Below are positions 36,499-46,191 of a stretch of DNA of 64,000 nt, piece by piece (the stretch's first letter is position 1; every line of letters starts with the position of its first letter). A program made the translations under genes and the position numbers. The stretch is from an uncultured Subdoligranulum sp. (lineage in GTDB: Bacteria; Bacillota; Clostridia; Oscillospirales; Ruminococcaceae), in the NCBI GenBank assembly GCA_964458285.1, contig CAYWID010000004.1, positions 147,842 through 211,841 on the forward strand, in the 5' to 3' direction. Under the pieces are notes generated by a model. It made no database searches, had not been told where the DNA came from, and was given only the letters and a program-made list of their open reading frames with translations.

Positions 36499-37520
36499 TG
36501 ACATACCGCGGCATGAGATCCCGCCGGCTGGAAGCCGCGCTGGAAACCGAACTGAAAAACCAGACCGGCCAGGCCGGCGCCGCTCCGTCGGAGGCCGGGC
36601 TGTTCGCCCCCGCGGATTTCGACCACACCCAGGCCGAGCGCGGCGGCTACTCCAACTACTCCTACTGGGGCGCCACGGTGCGCACCTTCTTCAAAAACAG
36701 GGCGGCGGTGTTTTTTCTCTGCCTGATCGCGGCCGTTTTGCTGTTTACCTACATCCAGCCGCTGCTGCCCAACCAGAAAAGCCCCAAAACCATCTACAAC
36801 GATCCCACGACCGGGGTGCAGATCATCAACCAGGCCCCCAGCGCGGAATTTTGGTTCGGCACCAACTCAATCGGGCAGGACCTTTGGGCGCGCACCTGGG
36901 CCGGCACCCGCACCTCGCTGGGCATCGGCTTTGCGGTGGCCTGCTTTGAGGCGCTGTTCGGCACCACGGTCGGCGTGCTGTGGGGGTATGTGCGCAAGCT
37001 GGATCTTGCTTTTACCGAGCTGTACAACATCTTCGACAATGTACCCCAGACGCTGGTGCTGATTTTGATCTCCTACATTCTGCGCCCCGGCGTGGGCACC
37101 ATCGTGTTCGCTCTTTGCCTGACCGGCTGGCTGGACATGGCGCGGTTCATCCGCAACCAGGTCGTCATCATCCGGGACCGGGATTACAACCTGGCTTCCC
37201 GCTGTCTTGGCACCACCACCCCCCGCATCGTGCTGAAAAACCTGCTGCCCTACCTGGTGTCGGTCATCACGCTGCGGATGGCGCTGGCCATCCCCTCGGC
37301 CATCGGCAACGAGGTGTTCGTCACCTACATCGGCATCGGCCTGCCCACGGACACCCCCTCGCTGGGCAATCTGGTGCAGGCCGGGCGGCTGCTGATGAGC
37401 CAGCCCAACCTTCGCTACCAGCTTTTGTTCCCCACGGCGGTGCTGGCCGTCATCACGATCTCACTCTATGTGGTCGGCAATGCGTTTGCGGACGCCGCCG
37501 ACCCCAAAAACCATGTGTAA
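36498..37520 (+). CDS. oppC: oligopeptide ABC permease
   Basis: WFGTNSIGQDLWARTW, TGATG overlap with oppB. Confidence 0.93.
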   Translation: MTYRGMRSRRLEAALETELKNQTGQAGAAPSEAGLFAPADFDHTQAERGGYSNYSYWGATVRTFFKNRAAVFFLCLIAAVLLFTYIQPLLPNQKSPKTIYNDPTTGVQIINQAPSAEFWFGTNSIGQDLWARTWAGTRTSLGIGFAVACFEALFGTTVGVLWGYVRKLDLAFTELYNIFDNVPQTLVLILISYILRPGVGTIVFALCLTGWLDMARFIRNQVVIIRDRDYNLASRCLGTTTPRIVLKNLLPYLVSVITLRMALAIPSAIGNEVFVTYIGIGLPTDTPSLGNLVQAGRLLMSQPNLRYQLLFPTAVLAVITISLYVVGNAFADAADPKNHV

Positions 37521-37533
37521 GGGGGCGGCAGTC

Positions 37534-38649
37534 ATGGCGTTGGAACAAGCGCAAGATCCCGGGCAGGCCCGGCCGGACCGGGCGGGGCCTGCCGCCCCGC
37601 TCATCGCCATCCGGGATCTCGATTTCCGCTTTACCCTGCGCGGGCAGACCCTCCATGCGCTGCGCGGCGTTTCGCTGGACGTTTACCCCGGCGAAAGCCT
37701 GGCCATCGTGGGGGAATCCGGCTCGGGCAAAAGCGTGCTGGTCAAAACCCTGATGGGCCTCAACGATGCCAACGGCTATGTGGCCGGGGGCAGCATCCGC
37801 TTCGGCGGCCGGGAGCTGACCGCCCTGCATACCGACGAGGAATGGCGCGCCATCCGCGGCCGGGAGATCGCCATGGTGCTGCAGGACCCCATGACCAGCC
37901 TGAACCCCCTCAAAAGCATCGGCTGGCAGATCCGGGAGGCCGTGGAGCTGCACCGCAACCTGCACGGCGAGGCCGCGCGGTCGGCCGCGTGCGCCCTGCT
38001 GGAGGAGGTAGGCATCAGCGACCCCGCCCGCCGCTACGGCCAGTACCCGCATGAGTTTTCCGGCGGTATGCGCCAGCGGGTGGTCATCGCCATCGCGGTG
38101 GCCTGCCGCCCCCGCGTGCTGATCTGCGACGAGCCGACCACGGCGCTGGACGTTACGATCCAGGCGCAGATCGTAAGCCTGCTCAAGCAGATGCAAAAAA
38201 AATACAACCTTACTACGATCTATATCACCCACGACCTGGGCGTGGTGGCCAATGTGGCCGACCGCGTTGCGGTCATGTACGCGGGCGATATCGTGGAGGT
38301 GGGCCGCTGCGCGGAGGTGTTTTACGACCCGCGCCACCCCTACACCTGGGCGCTGCTGTCCAGCTTGCCCCAGCTTGGCGTCAAGGGGGAACCGCTGTAT
38401 GCCATTGAGGGCACGCCCCCCAACCTGTTCCGGCAGGTGGCGGGGGACGCCTTTGCGCCCCGCAACCCGCAGGCGCTCAAAATCGATTTTGTCAGGCGCC
38501 CGCCGATGTTTGCCGTTACGCCCACCCACGCCGCGCGCACCTGGCTGCTGGACCCGCGCGCGCCCAGGGTGGAGCCGCCCGCCCACATCCGCGCGCTGCG
38601 CGAGAAGGGCCGCGCGGCCGCCTGCGGCAGGGAGGTGCCCCATGTCTGA
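37534..38649 (+). CDS. oppD: oligopeptide ABC ATPase
   Basis: [36 protein letters not shown]. Confidence 0.95.
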   Translation: MALEQAQDPGQARPDRAGPAAPLIAIRDLDFRFTLRGQTLHALRGVSLDVYPGESLAIVGESGSGKSVLVKTLMGLNDANGYVAGGSIRFGGRELTALHTDEEWRAIRGREIAMVLQDPMTSLNPLKSIGWQIREAVELHRNLHGEAARSAACALLEEVGISDPARRYGQYPHEFSGGMRQRVVIAIAVACRPRVLICDEPTTALDVTIQAQIVSLLKQMQKKYNLTTIYITHDLGVVANVADRVAVMYAGDIVEVGRCAEVFYDPRHPYTWALLSSLPQLGVKGEPLYAIEGTPPNLFRQVAGDAFAPRNPQALKIDFVRRPPMFAVTPTHAARTWLLDPRAPRVEPPAHIRALREKGRAAACGREVPHV

Positions 38650-39589
38650 ATCGCAAGAACGCCTGCCTCTGCTGGAGGTTGACCATATCCGGGTGCAGTT
38701 TGGCAAACCGCGCCGCCCCTTTGTGGCGGTGGGGGATGTCTCGTTCTCGGTCTATCCGGGGGAGACGTTCGGCCTGGTGGGGGAGTCCGGCTCGGGCAAA
38801 ACCACAATCGGCCGGGCCGTCATCCGGGCCAACCCGCTGGCCGCGGGCGAGATCCGCTTTGCGGGCCGGCGCATCTCCGGCAAGCTGACCCCCGCGCAGG
38901 ACCAGCAGGTGACCCGCGATATCCAGATGATCTTTCAGGACCCGATGGATTCCCTCAACGAGCGGGCCAAGGTGGGCTACATCGTGGCCGAGGGGCTGTA
39001 CGCGCCGGGCCGCCGCACCACCGAGGCCGAGCGCCGCGCGCTGGTGGACAAGGCTTTGCTGGATGTGGGGCTGCTGCCGGAGTTTTCCAGCCGGTTCCCG
39101 CACGAATTTTCGGGCGGGCAGCGCCAGCGCATCGGCATTGCGCGGGCGCTGATCCTCAACCCCCGGCTCATCGTGGCCGACGAGCCGATCTCTGCGCTGG
39201 ATGTATCGATCCGGGCGCAGGTGTTGAACCTGCTTGCCCGCCTGCAAAAGGAGCGCGGGCTGACCTACCTGTTCATCGCGCACGATCTCTCGGTGGTGCG
39301 CTTTATCTGCGACCGCATCGCCGTCATCCGCCGCGGCGCCCTTGTGGAATTGGCTGAAAGCGAACTCCTGTTCGCCCATCCGCTCCACCCCTACACGCGG
39401 GCGCTGCTCTCGGCCATCCCGCAGCCGGACCCCATCGCCGAGCGGAACAAAAAACTGCTGGTCTACGACCCGTCCTGCCACCATTACGAGAGCGAACCGC
39501 CCCGCTGGGCGGAGCTGGAGCCGGGCCATTTTGTGCTGGGCAACGCCCCCGAACTGGCGGCCTACCGCGCGCAGCTGGCAAAGGGCTGA
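38642..39589 (+). CDS. oppF: oligopeptide ABC ATPase
   Basis: GESGSGKT, FPHEFSGGQRQR, HPYTRAL. Confidence 0.95.
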   Translation: MSESQERLPLLEVDHIRVQFGKPRRPFVAVGDVSFSVYPGETFGLVGESGSGKTTIGRAVIRANPLAAGEIRFAGRRISGKLTPAQDQQVTRDIQMIFQDPMDSLNERAKVGYIVAEGLYAPGRRTTEAERRALVDKALLDVGLLPEFSSRFPHEFSGGQRQRIGIARALILNPRLIVADEPISALDVSIRAQVLNLLARLQKERGLTYLFIAHDLSVVRFICDRIAVIRRGALVELAESELLFAHPLHPYTRALLSAIPQPDPIAERNKKLLVYDPSCHHYESEPPRWAELEPGHFVLGNAPELAAYRAQLAKG

Positions 39590-39628
39590 ACAGGCGGGGC
39601 CAGCCCTTGCAGAAAGGAACAAAACGCA

Positions 39629-40480
39629 TTGCAGAATGAACTTTACAGGGAGATCGATGCGCAGATTGCCGCGTTTCCCGCAAAAACGGCGGTGCTGTCC
39701 GCCTGGCTGCCTGCGCCCGGCGCCCCCGCCGTGCCGGGGCTGCCGGTGGCGGGCTGCCTGTACGGCTGCCGGGCGGAGGAATCCGTCGTATCGGCCTCCA
39801 CCGTCAAGGTGGCGGTGCTGCTGACGGCGCTTTCCCTCTGCGCGCAGGGCGCGCTCCGCCCGGAGGAGCAGGTTTCGCTGCCGGAGGCCGCCATCCTGCC
39901 CGACACCCAGGTGTTTGAGGCGGAAAACCGCCGCCCCGCCTACCCCCTGTGGGAGCTGCTCTACTGGATGACCGTGGAAAGCGACAACACGGCCACCAAC
40001 CGCCTGCTGGACCTGCTGGGCATGGACGCCGTCAACGAATTCTGCCGCCGCTGGGGCCTGGCGAGCACGGTCGTGCGGCGCAAAATGCTCGATTGGGACG
40101 CCGTCGCGGCGGGCAAAAACAATTTTACCAGCCTGGCCGATCAGTACCGGCTGTACGCGCTGCTCAACGCAAAAAGCTTCCTGCCGCCCGCGCTGCGCGC
40201 CCTCGGCTGGCGGATGCTGGCGGAGCAGCGGTTTGCGGACGGCATCCTGCGCTACCTGCCCCGCCACCCGGTTTTTGCGCACAAATCCGGCTGCCTTGAC
40301 TTTCTGGAACACGATGCCGGGGTGTTTTTGGGGCGCCGCCTGCTGTTTGCGGGGGTGTTCACCTGGGACGGCCCCTCGCCGGAGGGCGACCACCGCCAGC
40401 TGCGGCACATCGGCAAGATCGGGCGGAACCTATACCTGGCCGCCCGGGACGAGCTTGGCCAAGAGGAGGCGCTGCCATGA
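39629..40480 (+). CDS. class A beta-lactamase-fold serine hydrolase, no signal peptide
   Basis: SxxK (STVK), SDN and KSG motifs; TTG start after GAAAGGA. Confidence 0.85.
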   Translation: MQNELYREIDAQIAAFPAKTAVLSAWLPAPGAPAVPGLPVAGCLYGCRAEESVVSASTVKVAVLLTALSLCAQGALRPEEQVSLPEAAILPDTQVFEAENRRPAYPLWELLYWMTVESDNTATNRLLDLLGMDAVNEFCRRWGLASTVVRRKMLDWDAVAAGKNNFTSLADQYRLYALLNAKSFLPPALRALGWRMLAEQRFADGILRYLPRHPVFAHKSGCLDFLEHDAGVFLGRRLLFAGVFTWDGPSPEGDHRQLRHIGKIGRNLYLAARDELGQEEALP

Positions 40481-41316
40481 CCGCAATCGCCAACAAGGCC
40501 GTCTGCCCGCTCTGCGCGGCGCCCGCCGCAACGGCCGGCACGCCCGCGCTCTCCGGCCTGGAGGACGAGGTGCTGCTTGGCATGCCGGTGGAGATCACCG
40601 GCCCGGCGCAGGCGGGATGGGTGCCGGTACTCACCGAGTACCGCTACACCGGCTGGATGAAAACCGGCGATCTTGTCGCCGACCCCGCGCGGGTCGCGCG
40701 CTGGCAGCAGGCGGAGCGGCGGGTGATTCTGCACAAAAACGCCGTCGATGTGCTGGCCCTGCCCAAGGTACAGGGGGCCTTTGTGGCGCAGGCGCTCCCG
40801 CTGGGGGGCCGCCTGGCCCTGAACGGCCCCGCCGCCGGGGGCTGGCAGCCGGTCGCTCTGCCGGACGGCCGGGCGGGTTTTGTCTGCGCCAGCGCGCTCG
40901 ATGCCCTGTGGGAGGCGCCCTGCTGCGCCGCGCCCGCCGCGCTGCGCCGCGCGCTGACCGATGCCGCCCGCCGCTATGCCGGCACCCAGTACCGCTGGGG
41001 CGGCAAAACGCCCGCGGGCATTGATTGCTCGGGCCTGTGCAGCATGGCGTATCTTTTGTGCGGCATCCGCATCTACCGGGACGCCGCCATCAAACCGGGC
41101 TTTCCGATCCATGCAATTCCGCCCGCCGCCATGCAGGAGGGCGATCTGCTCTATTTTCCCGGCCATATCGCCCTGTACCTGGGCGGCGGGCTGTACATCC
41201 ATTCCACGGGCCGGGCGGGGGACGACGGCGTGACCGTCAACAGCATGGACGCGGACGCCCCCCTCTACCGGGCCGACCTTCCCGCCAGGCTTCTGGCCGT
41301 GGGGTCGTATTTCTGA
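40477..41316 (+). CDS. SH3-like + NlpC/P60 peptidase (YkfC/DPP-VI-like), no signal peptide
   Basis: YRWGG, IDCSG (Cys), GHIALY (His), IHST (His); N-terminal SH3-like repeats. Confidence 0.88.
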   Translation: MTAIANKAVCPLCAAPAATAGTPALSGLEDEVLLGMPVEITGPAQAGWVPVLTEYRYTGWMKTGDLVADPARVARWQQAERRVILHKNAVDVLALPKVQGAFVAQALPLGGRLALNGPAAGGWQPVALPDGRAGFVCASALDALWEAPCCAAPAALRRALTDAARRYAGTQYRWGGKTPAGIDCSGLCSMAYLLCGIRIYRDAAIKPGFPIHAIPPAAMQEGDLLYFPGHIALYLGGGLYIHSTGRAGDDGVTVNSMDADAPLYRADLPARLLAVGSYF

Positions 41317-41429
41317 CCGCGTGCCTCCGCGCGCGTTTTTGGGCAAGGAGTATGACTAAAACCGCGCTGACACAGCATATTGCCTAAGATTCCTGCCCAT
41401 GGGCAACAAAAGATTGTCTGTGCGGAATT

Positions 41430-41458
41430 TTGTATTTTGTGCGCGGATATGGTACAAT
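41430..41458 (+). promoter_or_regulatory. sigma-A promoter of the IMP dehydrogenase gene
   Basis: TTGTAT-17-TACAAT with TG extension. Confidence 0.7.
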
Positions 41459-41536
41459 GCTATCCAAGTAGAAACGGTTCAACCGGCGGCACAGCCGGTT
41501 TTTCGCAGCGGTTACGCAGTAAAAGGAGAGTCATAC

Positions 41537-43039
41537 ATGGCGCATTATTTTCAGGAGCCGTCCCGCACTTTCGGCGAATATCTGCTGGTTCCCGGCTATT
41601 CCTCATCCGATTGCATCCCTGACCGTGTCAGCCTGCAAACCCCGCTGGTGCGGTACCGCAAGGGCGAGGAGGACTGCCCGGTTCAGATGAACATCCCGAT
41701 GGTTTCGGCCATCATGCAGTCGGTTTCCGGCGAAAAGCTGGCCATTGCGCTGGCCCGGCAGGGCGGCGTCTCCTTTATCTACGGCTCCCAGAGCATCCAG
41801 AGCGAGGCCGATATGGTGCGCCGCGTCAAGGCGTACAAAAAGGGCTTTGTCACCAGCGATTCCAACCTTCCGCCGGAGGCCACGCTGGGCGATGTGCTGG
41901 ATCTGAAGGTGCGCACCGGCCACTCCACGGTAGCCGTCACGGACGACGGCACCGCGCACGGCAAGCTGCTGGGCATTGTCGCCTCGCGGGATTACCGGCT
42001 TTCCCGCATGAGCAACGAGCTGCGCGTCACCGAGTTCATGACCCCGCTGGACAAGCTTGTCACGGCCCCCGCCACCACCAGCCTGCACGAGTGCAACGAT
42101 ATCATCTGGGACAACAAGATCAATTCGCTGCCGCTGCTGGATGCGCAGGGCCGCCTGCAATACATCGTGTTCCGCAAGGACTACGACAGCCACAAGGAAA
42201 ACTTCAACGAGCTGCTGGACGCCAACAAAAGCTATGTGGTGGGCGCCGGCATCAACACCCGCGATTACGCCCAGCGCATCCCCGCGCTGGTGGAGGCCGG
42301 GGTGGACGTACTCTGCATTGATTCCTCGGAGGGCTTTTCCGAGTGGCAGGCCCGCACGCTGGGCTGGGTTCGGGAAAAGTACGGCGACAAGGTCAAGGTG
42401 GGCGCGGGCAACGTCGTGGATCGCGACGGTTTCCTGTTTTTGGCCAAAGCGGGGGCTGATTTCGTCAAAATCGGCATCGGCGGCGGCTCCATCTGCATCA
42501 CCCGGGAGACCAAGGGCATCGGCCGCGGCCAGGCCACGGCGGTCATCGAGGTGGCCAAGGCCCGCGACGAGTACTACCGCGAGACGGGCGTCTATGTGCC
42601 CATCTGCTCGGACGGCGGCATTGTGCAGGACTACCACATCACGCTGGCGCTGGCCATGGGCGCCGATTTTGTCATGCTGGGCCGCTATTTTGCCCGCTTT
42701 GACGAAAGCCCCACCAACAAGCTGCGGGTGGGCGGCAACTACGTCAAGGAATATTGGGGCGAGGGCTCCAACCGCGCCCGCAACTGGCAGCGGTACGATT
42801 TGGGCGGCGCCCAGAAGCTTGGCTTTGAGGAGGGCGTGGACAGCTATGTGCCCTACGCGGGCGCGCTGGCCGACGGCGTGAACACCACCCTCTACAAGGT
42901 GCGCAGCACCATGTGCAACTGCGGCGCCCTCTCCATCCCGGAGCTGCAGGAGAAAGCGCGTCTGACCGTCGTTTCTTCCACCAGCATCGTCGAGGGCGGC
43001 AGCCACGACGTTATCTTGAAAAACAGCCCCAACAACTGA
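41537..43039 (+). CDS. guaB: IMP dehydrogenase with CBS pair
   Basis: [18 protein letters not shown] catalytic loop, CSDGGI; AAGGAGA RBS. Confidence 0.93.
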   Translation: MAHYFQEPSRTFGEYLLVPGYSSSDCIPDRVSLQTPLVRYRKGEEDCPVQMNIPMVSAIMQSVSGEKLAIALARQGGVSFIYGSQSIQSEADMVRRVKAYKKGFVTSDSNLPPEATLGDVLDLKVRTGHSTVAVTDDGTAHGKLLGIVASRDYRLSRMSNELRVTEFMTPLDKLVTAPATTSLHECNDIIWDNKINSLPLLDAQGRLQYIVFRKDYDSHKENFNELLDANKSYVVGAGINTRDYAQRIPALVEAGVDVLCIDSSEGFSEWQARTLGWVREKYGDKVKVGAGNVVDRDGFLFLAKAGADFVKIGIGGGSICITRETKGIGRGQATAVIEVAKARDEYYRETGVYVPICSDGGIVQDYHITLALAMGADFVMLGRYFARFDESPTNKLRVGGNYVKEYWGEGSNRARNWQRYDLGGAQKLGFEEGVDSYVPYAGALADGVNTTLYKVRSTMCNCGALSIPELQEKARLTVVSSTSIVEGGSHDVILKNSPNN

Positions 43040-43076
43040 GGCTGCGGCAATACACCCGCCAAAAGCACGCCGCAAA

Positions 43077-43119
43077 AAAGGCCCGGCCGTTTTCCGTCAG
43101 GAAAACGGCCGGGCCTTTC
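43077..43119 (+). terminator. terminator after guaB (likely bidirectional)
   Basis: AAAGGCCCGGCCGTTTT/AAAACGGCCGGGCCTTT inverted repeat. Confidence 0.75.
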
Positions 43120-43194
43120 TGTCGCAAGCGCTGGCGCGCCGGGGCAAAAAAGGGCGCCCCGCCAAGTTGCCCTGGCAGGGCGCCCTTTTGTAAA

Positions 43195-43278
43195 TGGTGC
43201 GGAAGATGGGACTTGAACCCACACGTCATGGACACACGCACCTCAAACGTGCCTGTCTGCCGATTCCAGCACTTCCGC
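43195..43278 (-). tRNA. tRNA-Leu(GAG), CCA encoded
   Basis: GCGGAAG/CTTCCGC acceptor stem, TT-GAG-GT anticodon loop, long variable arm, GGTTCAAGTCC T-arm. Confidence 0.97.
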
Positions 43279-43406
43279 AGGCTGCAGCGGCGGGGATAGC
43301 CCCGCGCTGCAAGAAGAATGATAGCACAAAACGGGGGGCAAAGTCAAGTGTTTTTTGCTTTCCGCGCCGGGTGCCGTTCCTGGGCAAAAGCGCCGGACAA
43401 AGCGGC

Positions 43407-44336
43407 TCAATCGGCAAACATCGGGGTGGAAAGGTAGCGGTCGCCGGTATCCGGCAGCAGCGCCACAATCAGCTTGCCCTTGTTCTCGGGGCGCCTGGCC
43501 AGCTGCTCGGCGGCCCACACGGCGGCGCCGGAGCTGATGCCCACCAGCACGCCTTCCTCGCGCCCGATGGCGCGGCCCGCGGCAAAGGCGTCCTCGTTTT
43601 CCACCGTAATCACCTCGTCATACACGCCGGTGTCCAGGGTGTCCGGCACAAAGCCCGCGCCGATGCCCTGAATCTTGTGGGGGCCGGCCTTGCCCTGGCT
43701 CAGCACCGGGGAACCGGCGGGCTCCACGGCAATGACCTTGACGTTGGGGTTCCTGCTCTTCAGGTACTTGCCCACGCCGGTCAGGGTGCCGCCGGTGCCC
43801 ACGCCCGAAACAAAAATGTCCACCTTGCCGTCGGTGTCCTCCCAGATTTCGGGGCCGGTGGTGGCCAGATGCGCCGCCGGGTTGGCCGGGTTGACAAACT
43901 GCCCCGGCACATAGCTGTTGGGGGTTTCGGCGGCCAGCTCGTTGGCCTTCTCAATGGCGCCCTTCATGCCGCGCGCGCCCTCGGTCAAAACGATCTCGGC
44001 GCCGTAGGCCTTGAGCAGGTTGCGGCGCTCCACGCTCATCGTCTCGGGCATCGTCAAAATGGCGCGGTAGCCGCGCGCCGCCGCGATGGAGGCAAGGCCG
44101 ATGCCGGTGTTGCCGCTGGTCGGCTCGATAATCACCGAGCCGGGCGCCAGCTTGCCGGCTTTTTCGGCCTCGTCCAGCATATTTTTGGCAACGCGGTCCT
44201 TAACGCTGCCCGCCGGGTTAAAGGATTCCAGCTTGACCACAATGGCCTTGTCAAGCCCGCGCTTGGCCGAGTAATTGTTGAGCGCCAGCAGAGGCGTGTG
44301 GCCGATCAGGGCGTCGATCTTTTCCGCAATTTTCAT
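43407..44336 (-). CDS. cysK: cysteine synthase A
   Basis: [36 protein letters not shown]. Confidence 0.97.
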   Translation of the reverse strand: MKIAEKIDALIGHTPLLALNNYSAKRGLDKAIVVKLESFNPAGSVKDRVAKNMLDEAEKAGKLAPGSVIIEPTSGNTGIGLASIAAARGYRAILTMPETMSVERRNLLKAYGAEIVLTEGARGMKGAIEKANELAAETPNSYVPGQFVNPANPAAHLATTGPEIWEDTDGKVDIFVSGVGTGGTLTGVGKYLKSRNPNVKVIAVEPAGSPVLSQGKAGPHKIQGIGAGFVPDTLDTGVYDEVITVENEDAFAAGRAIGREEGVLVGISSGAAVWAAEQLARRPENKGKLIVALLPDTGDRYLSTPMFAD

Positions 44337-44670
44337 TTGAATACCCTCGTTTCAAGATTGTGTGTCAATGTTGTAATTCATATCGGATTACTATGATTAT
44401 ACCGCGAAAAACCAAAATGTCAAGCACCCGCCCGCGTTTTTTTTACCCCCGCACCGGCAGGCGGGGGCGGCCCGCGCATGATCCGCCCGCGCGGCGCATA
44501 CAGCTTACCAGAGCATGACGCGGAAGGAACGCGGCGAAACGCCTGCGCTCTTTCGCAGGCTTGCCCCGCGGGAACGACCTGCCCGCCGGAAAAGGCCGCG
44601 CGCAAAGGGCCGAAAAAAACCGCCGGGCGGCGCTTTGCCGCAGATAAACGCGCAAAGGGGGAACACAGAG

Positions 44671-45516
44671 GTGAAATCGACTGCAAAAACCAAAAAGCGT
44701 CCCGGACTGCCTGCCGTATGGCCGGGGCTGGCGCTGGCGCTGCTGCTGTGCGGGGGGCTGGTGCTGCTGGGCTGGGTGCTGCCCCCGCCGGTGCAGGCCC
44801 GGGAGACCGCCACGCCCGACGACCGCTTTGCGCTGCCCGCCCAGGCCCGGCCCGGGGACGACGCGCAGGAGGTCATGCTGCTGAAGATCGTCTGCCTGAC
44901 CTTTGACGACGGTCCCTCGGTCAACACCGAAAAAATTTTGAAGCTCCTGGCCGAAAAGCAGGTCCCCGCCACCTTTTTTGTCACCGCGCAGGAGGCCAAC
45001 CTGCCCTACTACCCGCTTCTTGCCCAGGCGCAGGCCCAGGGCCACCAGATCGCGCTGCACAGCGCCTGCCATGACTATGCCCGCCTGTATGCAAATCCCC
45101 AGGCGTTCTGGCTGGACATCAAGGCGCTGCGCTGCGCGCTGCAGCCCTATGTGGAGGTGGGGGGCATCCACTGGCTGCGGTTCCCCGGGGGCAGCACCAA
45201 CACGGTCAGCCACCGCTACGGCGGCGCGGGGATCATGCAAACGCTGGAGGCGCAGGCCGGCGAGCGCGGCTACGAGTGGATCGACTGGAACGTTTGCGCC
45301 GAGGACGCAACGGCCAGCCGCCCCAACGCCGACCAGATCGTGCGCAACATCCAGGCCCAGTCCCAAAACCGGGATATCTGCGTGGTGCTGCTGCACGATA
45401 CCAGGGCCACCGGCCAGACGGTGCAGGCGCTGCCCCGCATTCTGGATTGGTATCAGGCGCAGGGATACCATTTTTGCACGGTGGAGGAAATGTACGAGAC
45501 GCGGGACGGCGGCTGA
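44671..45516 (+). CDS. polysaccharide deacetylase (CE4/NodB) with N-terminal TM anchor
   Basis: LTFDDGP, HSACH, RFPGGS, LLHD; GTG start. Confidence 0.9.
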   Translation: MKSTAKTKKRPGLPAVWPGLALALLLCGGLVLLGWVLPPPVQARETATPDDRFALPAQARPGDDAQEVMLLKIVCLTFDDGPSVNTEKILKLLAEKQVPATFFVTAQEANLPYYPLLAQAQAQGHQIALHSACHDYARLYANPQAFWLDIKALRCALQPYVEVGGIHWLRFPGGSTNTVSHRYGGAGIMQTLEAQAGERGYEWIDWNVCAEDATASRPNADQIVRNIQAQSQNRDICVVLLHDTRATGQTVQALPRILDWYQAQGYHFCTVEEMYETRDGG

Positions 45517-45616
45517 ACAGGGCGGTGTTTTCCAAACAGCGAAAAACAGCCGTATTGCATTCGCTTGCAGGTTATAGTATAATACAAACAGGCAGTTGCA
45601 GAGAGGGGGCGCGCCG

Positions 45617-46165
45617 ATGCGCAGTACACAAAGCCGCGCCACGGCGCTCTGCGGGGTGCTGGGGGCGCTTTCGTTCGTGCTGATGCTGCTGGGGCTGATC
45701 CCCTTTGCCACCTACTGCGCGCCGATGTTCGCCGCGTTTCTGCTGATCCCCGTGCGGGAGGAGTACGGCGCCCGCTATGCGCTGCTGCTGTACGGCTGCG
45801 TGGCGCTTCTCAGCGTGCTGTTTCTGCCCGATAAGGAGCCTGCGCTGCTCTACGCGCTGGTGCTGGGCTATTACCCGGTTCTGCGGGGGGCGCTGGGGCG
45901 GGTCCGCTCCGCGCCGCTGCGGTGGGCGACCAAGCTGGCCGTGTTCAACGGGGGCCTGGCGGCCGTTTACGCGCTGCTGCTGGCGGTGATGGCCTCCCCG
46001 GCGCTGCTGGCGGATTTTCAGCAGGCTGGCCGGGTGCTGCTGGCCGTAACGCTGGCGGCGGGCAATTTTGCTTTTTGGATGTTCGACAGGGCCTTGCTGG
46101 TACTGACGGCAGCATACCGGCAAAAACTTGGCCCAAAACTTCGCAGAATGCTGCATAACGCATGA
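45617..46165 (+). CDS. hypothetical membrane protein (DUF2232-like)
   Basis: about five hydrophobic segments; own TTGCAT-17-TATAAT promoter at 45555-45583. Confidence 0.75.
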   Translation: MRSTQSRATALCGVLGALSFVLMLLGLIPFATYCAPMFAAFLLIPVREEYGARYALLLYGCVALLSVLFLPDKEPALLYALVLGYYPVLRGALGRVRSAPLRWATKLAVFNGGLAAVYALLLAVMASPALLADFQQAGRVLLAVTLAAGNFAFWMFDRALLVLTAAYRQKLGPKLRRMLHNA

Positions 46166-46191
46166 TGAATTTGGGAAGGACGGGAAAAAGT

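Noticed and set aside
39629-40480. Antibiotic-resistance beta-lactamase
   Set aside because: No signal peptide, and the operon context points to peptide recycling. Resistance cannot be inferred from the fold.
43120-43400. tRNA-Leu as an integration site for a genomic island
   Set aside because: No integrase and no duplicated tRNA 3' end seen; the flanks are housekeeping genes.
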